From Thermodesulfobacteriota bacterium (GTDB lineage Bacteria; Desulfobacterota; SM23-61), in the NCBI GenBank assembly GCA_049699975.1, contig JBNAWB010000001.1, forward strand, positions 24,534-88,533: a stretch of DNA of 64,000 nucleotides. The letters are read 5' to 3'. Below, one piece after another: positions 35,685 to 44,111 of this stretch. A program made the position numbers and the translations under genes. Numbering within the stretch: position 1 is the stretch's first letter; each line of letters opens with the position of its first letter. The notes under the pieces were generated by a model that was given only the letters and a program-made list of their open reading frames with translations, did no database searches and was not told where the DNA came from.

Positions 35685-38600
35685 TCCTTTTGTACCACAA
35701 AGTTTACCCAGAGTCACCATCTATATGGTGGGTAACTCCCAATGAGTTCTGGAGACAAATGGAAGAATTAAGGCGTTGTCAAGTTGTTTATTTAGACGAA
35801 TATGACCCAAATAATCCAGATCAAGTAGTTATAACTTTTGATGGCATATACGAAAATGTATTTACCCATGCCTTTCCTATCTTGAAAAAGTTTGGATACC
35901 CTTTTGAACTTTTTATTATTGGAAACTTCATTGGCAAAAATAATAGCTTTGATCAAGGAGAGCCTCTAATTAATTTTGCTGGCTCCGCTCAGCTAAGAAG
36001 TATGGTTCAGCATGGTGGACGATTACAATGGCACTCTTGGTCTCATCCAGATTTAAGTAAAATCAACAAAAAAGAAGAAATAGAGTCTGAGATTTTTATT
36101 CCTGCCCATATAAGAGATTTAGATCCAAAGGGATTTGCTTGGTTTGCTTATCCTCATGGACGTGTGCCATCTTTTGGGCAGCAGATCATAAAAGATTTTT
36201 TCAAAGGAGCTGTTTTATGTGATCAAGGAAAAGATTACGATCTCTATAATCTTAAAAGGATAACAGTTACTAATAAAACAAGTTTTGCTAAATCGACTGT
36301 ATCTTTAATTATAGCCAATTACAATTACGGACGTTTTGCAGCAGAGGCTATCGAATCAGCTATTCACCAAACTGTTCAACCGGATGAAATTCTTTTTATC
36401 GATGATTGTTCAGAAGACAATTCTATGGAGGTAGCGAACCGTTACAAAGAAAAAATAAGAATTGTTAGAAATGAGAGAAATTTAGGTATAGTTGATAATT
36501 TTAACAAAGCAGTTTCTTTAACTTCGGGGAAATATATATGCTTTTTAGGGGCTGATAATCGCTTGCGAAGCGACTATATAGAAAAATGCAAATTAGCTCT
36601 GGACTTGCATCCACAGGCCGCGATCGCTTATACAAATATTATTATTTTCGGCCCCCGAGCAGAAATTCTTGCACATAAAGTCCATGCCTCCCCTATAGAA
36701 GAATGCAAGGAAATTTTTTTATGGCGATTTCCTGAGTTTACTGACGAAACAAAGCAACTCCTCAGATCAAGGAATTTTATCCATGGCTCGTCCATGTATA
36801 GGCGAGAAGCCTTCGAAGAGGTGGGTGGCTACAAAAAATCTAATGGCCCCGAGGATCATCATCTATTTATACGCATTATAGATAAAGGATGGAAAGCTGT
36901 TCTATGCCCCGAATTCTTACTTGAATATCGGCAACATTCCAATGATCAAGCAAACACATATCTTAATATGGGTATAGAATTAGCTTTCCTTCGACGACAA
37001 TACAATTTGTTAATTCAGCAATTGGAAGCTTTAATGAAAAAAGAAAAAATAATTCAACAAACCCTTCATCAAGTATCTACTCATGCCCAACAAGAGAAGG
37101 TAGAAGAGGCAATTGAAATAATCCTCGAAACTTTAAGGAAATTTCCCGAGCATGGGAAACTGATCTTACAATATGCTCTACTTCTTAAGCTAAAAGGATC
37201 TGCTGATCAAGCCAAAAAGTACTTTGAGTATGCTCTTCTTTATAATCCTAATTTTAGAGAATTAGAGAAATATTATAATGATAAAAATATTCGCCCCCCA
37301 AAAGGCGTTGGCAATAGTGAGGGAGTTATATTGGGCCAAAATACTACCCCAAAAGTAGATCAAGTGATAGATCCAACTCCTGAAGGAGCCAATGCAGACT
37401 TAGAGGCAATTATGAAACGGAAGCAAACTCAAGTAAATAGTAATGAAAATTCAAAAAATGATACAAATTTATCCACAAAAAAAGAAAATCAAAATGGGGT
37501 TAGAGTTTCTATAATAATTCCTGTTCATAATCAATTGGAATTTACGCGAAATTGTTTAAAAGGTATTTTTGAGCATACAAATGAAAGCTATGAGCTGATA
37601 ATAGTAGATAATGCTTCATACGATGGAACAAGAGAATTTATTTTGGGGCTAAAGGAGTACCCGATAAGGCCTTTATTTTTGTCAAGCAACATTGGTTTTG
37701 GAAGGGCTTGTAATTTAGGCGCTAAAATTGCAAAAGGTAAATATCTTGTTTTTTTAAACAATGATACAGAAGTAACCCATGAATGGCTTAAACCATTAGT
37801 TCAGTTTATGGAAAATAATTCTGATTGTGGTGCGGTAGGATCAAAACTTGTTTATCCTGATGGAAGACTTCAGGAGGCTGGAGGAATTATTTTTGCAGAT
37901 GGCCAGGGTTGGAATTATGGTCGGGGAATGGATCCATCTGACCCTCGTTTTAATTTTGTCAGAGAAGTTGATTACTGTTCAGGGGCGGCGCTAATGATTC
38001 GAAAAAATGTATGGGATGAAATAGGAGGTTTTGATTTGCGCTACGCCCCAGCCTATTATGAAGATACAGACTTGTGCTTCGAGATCAGGAAGCGTGGCTA
38101 CAAAGTATATTATCACCCCAGAAGCGTTGTCCTTCATCATGAAGGAAAAACAGCAGGTACAGATCTTCAGTCGGGATATAAAAAATATCAGGAAATAAAC
38201 CGCTTTAAATTTATCGGAAAATGGAGAGCGGAACTAAAAAAACAATTTCCTAATGATCCTAGAAATGTATTTAAAGCCTCTGATAGACGGGCCATGAAGA
38301 ACATTTTGGTGATAGATGCTTTTCTTCCTTTTTATGATAGAGCTTCTGGTTCTCTCCGTTTATTTCAAATTCTAAAAATGTTGAAGAAATTAAAATTCCA
38401 TATAACTTTTCTGGCTAGGGACGGCTCTTTGGAAAGTCAATATCGCCCAGTTTTAGAAGAGATGGGGATAGAAGTTTATGCTGGGGATTATGAAGCTATG
38501 AAGGCTGCAGGATATAAAGATAACCCATGGCATTCTATTTCTTACGACTCTCTTTTTAAATATCGATCATATGATTTTGCGTTAATTGAATTTTGGGAAG

Positions 38601-40864
38601 TGGCAAATTATTACAGTCCCATTATAAGAAAATTTTCTCCCCAAACAAAGATAATTATTGATACAGTGGATATTCATTTTGTTAGAGAAATGCGCGAGGC
38701 TGAACTAAAGCAAAATCCTGAACTTAAAAGGAGAGCATTATTAAATAAAGAGAGAGAAATAGCTGTTTATAATAAGGCTGATAGAATTTGGGTGGTAACA
38801 GAGAACGATAAAAAGGCTATAGCAAATCTCGTAAATAATATACCAATTGATGTCGTGCCCAATATTCACGAAAGAAATGATTTTATAAAAAAATATGAAG
38901 AAAGTTCAGATCTTCTTTTTGTGGGCAACTTTAACCATCCACCTAATAGAGATGCAATTCATTTCTTTTGTCGAGAAATTTTTCCTCTTATTAAAAAGAA
39001 ATTATCGGGAGTGAAATTTTATATCGTGGGCAATAATCCTCCAGAAGATATTAAAATGTTGGCTTGCTCGGAGATAATTGTGACAGGTTATGTCCCAGAT
39101 CTGAGTCCTTATCTTAAAAATGCCAGAATCACTGTAAGTCCTTTGAGGTATGGAGCAGGAATGAAGGGAAAGATTGGAGAGGCTCTTTCCTGGGGATTAC
39201 CTGTTGTTACTACTTCTGTCGGGGCAGAAGGGATGGAATTGATAGACGGAGAAGATGCCTTGATTGCAGATTCTCCTGAGGAATTTGCCGAGAAAGTAGT
39301 TCAGCTTTATCATGATCCTATTCTCTGGAAAAATTTGTCCGATAAGGGAAAGAAAAAGGTCGAAATTAATTGGGCTCCAGAAGTTATAAATAAAAAATTA
39401 GCAGAAATCTTTGGATCGGAAAAATTGCAAGTGGAAGAAAGGCTTATTTCAATAATAATACCTATGCACAATCAATTCAAATATACAAAAAAATGCCTTG
39501 AAAGCTTATTTAATTATACAGATGTACCTTTTGAATTAATAATTGTCAATAATGGATGTACAGATGAAACCCCTGAATATTTAAAAGCAATTAGAGAAGG
39601 AAGGCAGTCTATTGCGGGTTGGAAGTTTTTTGCAGAAGAAAATGGAGAAATAAAAGAAAAAAGATTTGGTGGGAAAAGGAAAAATAAAAAGAAAAAAGCT
39701 ACAAAATATTTCTACTGCAAAAGGTTTAAAATAATTTCTAACGATAAAAATATGGGATTTGCTGCAGGTAATAACCGAGGAATAGCAGAGGCAAAAGGAG
39801 ATTATATCCTCCTCCTAAACAACGATGTGGTGGTTACTCCAGGATGGTTAAAAAGAATGTTGAATATAGCCGAAAGAAAATCCGAAATTGGTATAATTGG
39901 ACCAATGTCCAATTACGTTTCTGGGCCTCAACTCCTTGAGGATGTAAAATATAATATCCACACCTTAGAAGGGCTTAATGAATTTGCGATTCAATATGCT
40001 CAAAAAAACCAGGGACGAGCAAGACAATTCTGGAGAGTTGTAGGCTTCTGTATGCTCATTAAAAAAGCAGTTATAGAGAAAATAGGAGGATTAGATGAAA
40101 GATATGGAATTGGGAATTTCGAAGACGATGATTTTTCAATTAGAGCGCGGCTCGCAGGTTTTGAATCCTGGATTGCTGAGGATAGTTATGTCCATCATTT
40201 TGGTAACAGGACGTTTATAGGAGAGTCCATAGAATATTCTGAAAGCTTAAAGAGAAATTGGGAAATATTCAAAAAGAAATGGGGGATTCCGGAGGATATC
40301 GAGTACGGAGCTAAGTATGATCTGGGTTGGATTTTAAATCAAGACTTTGATCCAATCAAGCATTATTACCCAATAAATGCAGATGAATTATCAATTTATC
40401 AGGGCGAGGCATTATTTAATATGGGGGATATGGAAGGAGCAGAACATATTTTTCAAAGAATTCTCTCTTGGGATCCTAAAAATGTAGATGTTTTAAATGA
40501 TTTGGGAGTCATTTGTTTCCAAAAAGGAGAATTCGAGCAGGCAATTGCTTATTTTAACCAAGTCCTAAAATTGAACGAAAATCATTCCGAAGCTTTAGAA
40601 AATTTAGGAAATTGTCTTATTGCCCAAAGTAAGTTTGGAGAAGCAATCTCCTACTACGAAAGGGCTTTGAATTTGAGGCCAAGAGATGTAAGCCTTCTAA
40701 ATTCTCTTGCCAATTGTTTTATCCACTTAGAAGACTACGCCAAGGCCGAAGAGGTTTATAAAAAATCTTATCAGATAGATAACCATCAGATTCATGTAAG
40801 GGAAATCATTAACGAGATAGATAAGATGAAGATGTTCGAAAATCAAGGGAGCATGGTTACATGA
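35681..40864 (+). CDS. Giant multi-domain glycosylation enzyme: polysaccharide deacetylase (CE4/NodB)-GT2-TPR-GT2-GT4(GT1-fold)-GT2-TPR (1727 aa); candidate flagellin glycosyltransferase
   Basis: CE4 motifs ITFDG and HSWSHPD at the N-terminus, then three GT-A modules (SLIIANYNYGRF...DDCSEDNS; VSIIIPVHNQLEF...IIVDNASYDGT; ISIIIPMHNQFKY...NNDVVVTPGWL), one GT-B module (...SPLRYGAGMKGKIGEALSWGLPVVTT), and TPR repeats in the middle and at the C-terminus. Confidence 0.8.
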   Translation: MILLYHKVYPESPSIWWVTPNEFWRQMEELRRCQVVYLDEYDPNNPDQVVITFDGIYENVFTHAFPILKKFGYPFELFIIGNFIGKNNSFDQGEPLINFAGSAQLRSMVQHGGRLQWHSWSHPDLSKINKKEEIESEIFIPAHIRDLDPKGFAWFAYPHGRVPSFGQQIIKDFFKGAVLCDQGKDYDLYNLKRITVTNKTSFAKSTVSLIIANYNYGRFAAEAIESAIHQTVQPDEILFIDDCSEDNSMEVANRYKEKIRIVRNERNLGIVDNFNKAVSLTSGKYICFLGADNRLRSDYIEKCKLALDLHPQAAIAYTNIIIFGPRAEILAHKVHASPIEECKEIFLWRFPEFTDETKQLLRSRNFIHGSSMYRREAFEEVGGYKKSNGPEDHHLFIRIIDKGWKAVLCPEFLLEYRQHSNDQANTYLNMGIELAFLRRQYNLLIQQLEALMKKEKIIQQTLHQVSTHAQQEKVEEAIEIILETLRKFPEHGKLILQYALLLKLKGSADQAKKYFEYALLYNPNFRELEKYYNDKNIRPPKGVGNSEGVILGQNTTPKVDQVIDPTPEGANADLEAIMKRKQTQVNSNENSKNDTNLSTKKENQNGVRVSIIIPVHNQLEFTRNCLKGIFEHTNESYELIIVDNASYDGTREFILGLKEYPIRPLFLSSNIGFGRACNLGAKIAKGKYLVFLNNDTEVTHEWLKPLVQFMENNSDCGAVGSKLVYPDGRLQEAGGIIFADGQGWNYGRGMDPSDPRFNFVREVDYCSGAALMIRKNVWDEIGGFDLRYAPAYYEDTDLCFEIRKRGYKVYYHPRSVVLHHEGKTAGTDLQSGYKKYQEINRFKFIGKWRAELKKQFPNDPRNVFKASDRRAMKNILVIDAFLPFYDRASGSLRLFQILKMLKKLKFHITFLARDGSLESQYRPVLEEMGIEVYAGDYEAMKAAGYKDNPWHSISYDSLFKYRSYDFALIEFWEVANYYSPIIRKFSPQTKIIIDTVDIHFVREMREAELKQNPELKRRALLNKEREIAVYNKADRIWVVTENDKKAIANLVNNIPIDVVPNIHERNDFIKKYEESSDLLFVGNFNHPPNRDAIHFFCREIFPLIKKKLSGVKFYIVGNNPPEDIKMLACSEIIVTGYVPDLSPYLKNARITVSPLRYGAGMKGKIGEALSWGLPVVTTSVGAEGMELIDGEDALIADSPEEFAEKVVQLYHDPILWKNLSDKGKKKVEINWAPEVINKKLAEIFGSEKLQVEERLISIIIPMHNQFKYTKKCLESLFNYTDVPFELIIVNNGCTDETPEYLKAIREGRQSIAGWKFFAEENGEIKEKRFGGKRKNKKKKATKYFYCKRFKIISNDKNMGFAAGNNRGIAEAKGDYILLLNNDVVVTPGWLKRMLNIAERKSEIGIIGPMSNYVSGPQLLEDVKYNIHTLEGLNEFAIQYAQKNQGRARQFWRVVGFCMLIKKAVIEKIGGLDERYGIGNFEDDDFSIRARLAGFESWIAEDSYVHHFGNRTFIGESIEYSESLKRNWEIFKKKWGIPEDIEYGAKYDLGWILNQDFDPIKHYYPINADELSIYQGEALFNMGDMEGAEHIFQRILSWDPKNVDVLNDLGVICFQKGEFEQAIAYFNQVLKLNENHSEALENLGNCLIAQSKFGEAISYYERALNLRPRDVSLLNSLANCFIHLEDYAKAEEVYKKSYQIDNHQIHVREIINEIDKMKMFENQGSMVT

Positions 40865-42609
40865 AAAAAGGTAAAGGTATCAAACTTTCTCTTTGTATGA
40901 TTGTGAAAAATGAAGCCCATAATCTAAAGGATTGCATTCACCCCTTAAAATCAATTTTAGATGAAATCATTGTAGTAGACACCGGTTCTACGGATCAAAC
41001 GAAGGAAGTGGCCAAAAGCTTGGGTGCTAAGGTTTTTGATTTTCAGTGGTGTAATGATTTTTCTGCTGCCCGAAATGATTCCATCCGCCATGCTACCGGT
41101 GATTATATCCTCTGGCTCGATGCGGATGATCGAATTGATGAACAAAACATCAAAAAAATCGGGCAGTTAAAGAATAGTTTATCAGCAAGCAGAGATAAAG
41201 CCTATTATTTAATAATAAATAGCCAATCACCTGTAGATGGAGAGACTCGTTTTCGGCAAATAAGAATATTTCCAAAGATAAAAGGGACTCTATTTGAAGG
41301 AAGGGTCCATGAGCAAATTTATTATAGCCTTAAACGCCAAGGAATAAAATTTGAGAATATGGATATTGAAATTAGACATATAGGGTATTCAGATTCTGAA
41401 ACCATTATTAAAAAAGCTCAAAGAAATCTTTCTATAATTGAAAGCGAACTGAGCGTAAAACCTAATGATTTAATATTACATTATAATGCCGCGCGTACTC
41501 TGGCCATGATTGGCCGAAAAAAAGAAGCAATTTATCATATGAAAATTATAACCAAAAATAAAAATATCAGAAAGCGGGAAAAACAATTCTATTTGGAATG
41601 CGCATTATTGATGGGCAAGTATTACGTTGAATTAGGGTCATATGGAGAGGCTGTTTCCATCTTTTCTGAATTAAGCAAAGATTTTAAAGATAATGCTTTA
41701 GTCCATTTTTGCTTGGGGCAAGCTTATTTCCATTCCCGAAATTACGACCAGGCAATAAAGCATTTTCACGAGTCGCTCCTTTTCCCTTTAGAAGTTGGTC
41801 TATTGCCGATTAACCTAAACCAGCTACGTTACGATTTACATTATAGCCTAGGCCAATGTTTTTTAGAAAAAGGCCAGAATGAATTAGCTAAAAATAATTT
41901 TTTAAGATCTTTGCAATTTAGAAATGACTTGCCTAAAAGTTACCAAGCCTTAGGCCTATTATATCTTAAAGAGGGAAATTTTGAAGAAGCAATTAAGTAT
42001 TATGAGAAGGTCATTTTGTCAGAAAGAGCTACCGATCAAGATTATACAAACGTGGGTTTGGCTTATCGAAAGCTTGGCCTATATAATCAAGCAGAGGAAG
42101 CTTTCCAAAAAGCCTTAGAGATCAATCCTCAAAGAATAGAAGCCTTAACTAATTTAGGACATCTCTATTATGCAAATAAAGATTACTATAAAGCAGAGGA
42201 ATTTTTTAAAATGGCTTTAACCTATGATGCCAATTTAATTGATATAAGATTAATCTTAAGTGATATTTATTTTCGCTTTTACGAGATCGAAAATTTAATA
42301 TCGCAATGTGATGCTCTTTTGAGAATTCTTAATTTACCTCGCCACATCACCATAAATAATTTCGCAGAAATAAATGCTTTATATAAGAAAATGGCCGAGA
42401 TTTTTTCTGCCCTTGGGCAAGAAAGGTTCGCTCTTTTAGCCTGGAAAACAGCTTTTTTAATTTATCCCCAGGAAGAAATCTTGGAAATGATCATCAACAA
42501 AGCAATCACTTTAGGATTGAAGGAAAAAATAATAAGAGAATTGAATGAGATAATAGAGTTTTACAAGCAGAAGGAAAAGACTGAGGAAGTTTCTTTTTTG
42601 GCCAACTAA
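40861..42609 (+). CDS. GT2-family glycosyltransferase fused to C-terminal TPR repeats
   Basis: N-terminal GT-A domain (LSLCMIVKNEAHNL...VVDTGSTDQT...WLDADDRI), then about 350 aa of TPR repeats. Confidence 0.8.
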   Translation: MKKGKGIKLSLCMIVKNEAHNLKDCIHPLKSILDEIIVVDTGSTDQTKEVAKSLGAKVFDFQWCNDFSAARNDSIRHATGDYILWLDADDRIDEQNIKKIGQLKNSLSASRDKAYYLIINSQSPVDGETRFRQIRIFPKIKGTLFEGRVHEQIYYSLKRQGIKFENMDIEIRHIGYSDSETIIKKAQRNLSIIESELSVKPNDLILHYNAARTLAMIGRKKEAIYHMKIITKNKNIRKREKQFYLECALLMGKYYVELGSYGEAVSIFSELSKDFKDNALVHFCLGQAYFHSRNYDQAIKHFHESLLFPLEVGLLPINLNQLRYDLHYSLGQCFLEKGQNELAKNNFLRSLQFRNDLPKSYQALGLLYLKEGNFEEAIKYYEKVILSERATDQDYTNVGLAYRKLGLYNQAEEAFQKALEINPQRIEALTNLGHLYYANKDYYKAEEFFKMALTYDANLIDIRLILSDIYFRFYEIENLISQCDALLRILNLPRHITINNFAEINALYKKMAEIFSALGQERFALLAWKTAFLIYPQEEILEMIINKAITLGLKEKIIRELNEIIEFYKQKEKTEEVSFLAN

Positions 42610-42615
42610 ATATTT

Positions 42616-42641
42616 AAGTTTTCTCACAAGCGGACGATAAA
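42616..42641 (+). promoter_or_regulatory. Sigma-28 (FliA)-type promoter for flagellin: TAAG-N14-GACGATAA
   Basis: One mismatch each from the TAAA / GCCGATAA consensus. About 90 nt upstream of fliC. Confidence 0.55.
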
Positions 42642-42731
42642 TAATTCGACAAAAGCCCGGGCTCAAAGTCAAAATTAATTCAAATCATGGGCAAGGATGC
42701 CCAAAATTAAAAAATCAAGGAGGAAAAAACT

Positions 42732-43568
42732 ATGGCACTAAGAATTAATACTAATGTGGCGGCTCTAAATGCCCATCGGCAACTTACGGATACTGACGCC
42801 AGATTGTCAGTGTCTATGGAAAGATTGTCATCCGGCTATAGAATTAACAAAGCTAAAGATGACGTAGCCGGACTTTCCATCGCTAACAAGTTCAGAATGG
42901 AAGTAAGAAGCCTGAGAATGGCGCAACAGAACGTTTCCCAGGCGACAGCCATGTTACAAATGGCTGAAGGAGGTGCCCAGAAGATTGAGTCTATTATTGA
43001 ACGTTTAAAAGAATTGGCGACTCTTGCTGCTTCAGATAATACGGATAGCACTGGGAGAACGAGTCTCAATGCTGAGGCAGAAAAACTTATTTCAGAAATA
43101 GATCGGATAGCCAACGACACTAAATATAGTGGCACAGCTATGTTGAATGCTGCCATTAGTTTTAATTTCCAGGTTGGTTCAGGGAATACCGCCACTGAGG
43201 ATCGGATTGCCGTGAGCACCAGTGATGGCTTATTATCAAACGACTTGGGATTAAATTCTTTATCCCTAAGCAGCTTAGCTTCTGCTCAGGAAGCTTTAAC
43301 TTCTATTGATAATGCTTTGACTTCGGTTAATACGATATTAGGCGAAATTGGTGCTGCCCAGAGTAGATTGGAATTTGCCGCTGCTAATTTAGCCATTACA
43401 ATAGAGAATATTGCCGCTACTGAATCGACCATCAGAGATGTGGATATGGCCTTCGAAGTGGTTAACTTTACCAAGAATCAGATCTTGCTCCAGGCAGGAA
43501 CAGCCATGCTTGCCCAGGCTAATATGGCTCCGCAGAGCGTTCTCGCCTTACTTGGCGGTGGCCGTTAA
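42732..43568 (+). CDS. fliC: Flagellin (short, 278 aa)
   Basis: Conserved flagellin N-terminal D0/D1 (MALRINTNVAALNAHRQL...LSSGYRINKAKDDVAGLSIANK) and C-terminal D1/D0 helices. Confidence 0.9.
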   Translation: MALRINTNVAALNAHRQLTDTDARLSVSMERLSSGYRINKAKDDVAGLSIANKFRMEVRSLRMAQQNVSQATAMLQMAEGGAQKIESIIERLKELATLAASDNTDSTGRTSLNAEAEKLISEIDRIANDTKYSGTAMLNAAISFNFQVGSGNTATEDRIAVSTSDGLLSNDLGLNSLSLSSLASAQEALTSIDNALTSVNTILGEIGAAQSRLEFAAANLAITIENIAATESTIRDVDMAFEVVNFTKNQILLQAGTAMLAQANMAPQSVLALLGGGR

Positions 43569-43594
43569 TCTGCTTTAAAACAAATTTAAGCAAA

Positions 43595-43629
43595 GGGGAA
43601 GGGGAGTTTACTCCTTCCCCTCTTTTCTA
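43595..43629 (+). terminator. Rho-independent terminator after flagellin
   Basis: Stem ggggaaggggag / ctccttcccc with loop ttta, followed by tcttttct. Confidence 0.7.
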
Positions 43630-43645
43630 TTAAAGGAGGGGTGAA

Positions 43646-44008
43646 GTGAAGATCGGAGATGTGACCCAAAATATTGTGCACCCTCCTTCTACGCCCGATT
43701 CTCTTCAGGTCTCAGGGAAAAAATTTGAGAATCCTATAAAGAGCGATGAAAATATAGCAAAATTCCTAAAATCATTTTCTGAAGAACAACAAAAAGCCAT
43801 TCAGGACTTAGCCGAACGAATCAACGAGTTCGCCAAAGGTAACCAATTTAGCCTGAAATTTATTCCGGAAAAAGATTCGGGGATGGTCATAATCAAAGTT
43901 TACGATGCCAAAGGAAAGCTGATTCGACAGATACCCTCTGAAGAACTTATAAACCTTGCAGAGAAAATTGGGAAGAAGATTGGATTTTTGTTAAATGTAA
44001 AAATGTAA
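43646..44008 (+). CDS. flaG: Flagellar protein FlaG
   Basis: About 120 aa with the FlaG C-terminal motif (VIIKVYDAKGKLIRQIPSEELINLAEKI) and a position after fliC. Confidence 0.7.
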   Translation: MKIGDVTQNIVHPPSTPDSLQVSGKKFENPIKSDENIAKFLKSFSEEQQKAIQDLAERINEFAKGNQFSLKFIPEKDSGMVIIKVYDAKGKLIRQIPSEELINLAEKIGKKIGFLLNVKM

Positions 44009-44111
44009 TATTCATATATAAATTCTCCTCACTCTTTCCCCTGGTCGAGTATTGGCGACTCTCCCCAGGGGAAAGAAGGTAAAATGAACAGATTAATTTG
44101 GAGGAAAATAA

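Noticed and set aside
44034-44075. Inverted repeat ctttcccctgg-N20-ccaggggaaag between flaG and fliD
   Set aside because: There is no U-tract, so it is not a convincing intrinsic terminator. It may be another member of the ctctcccc/ggggagag hairpin family. It is noted but not annotated separately.
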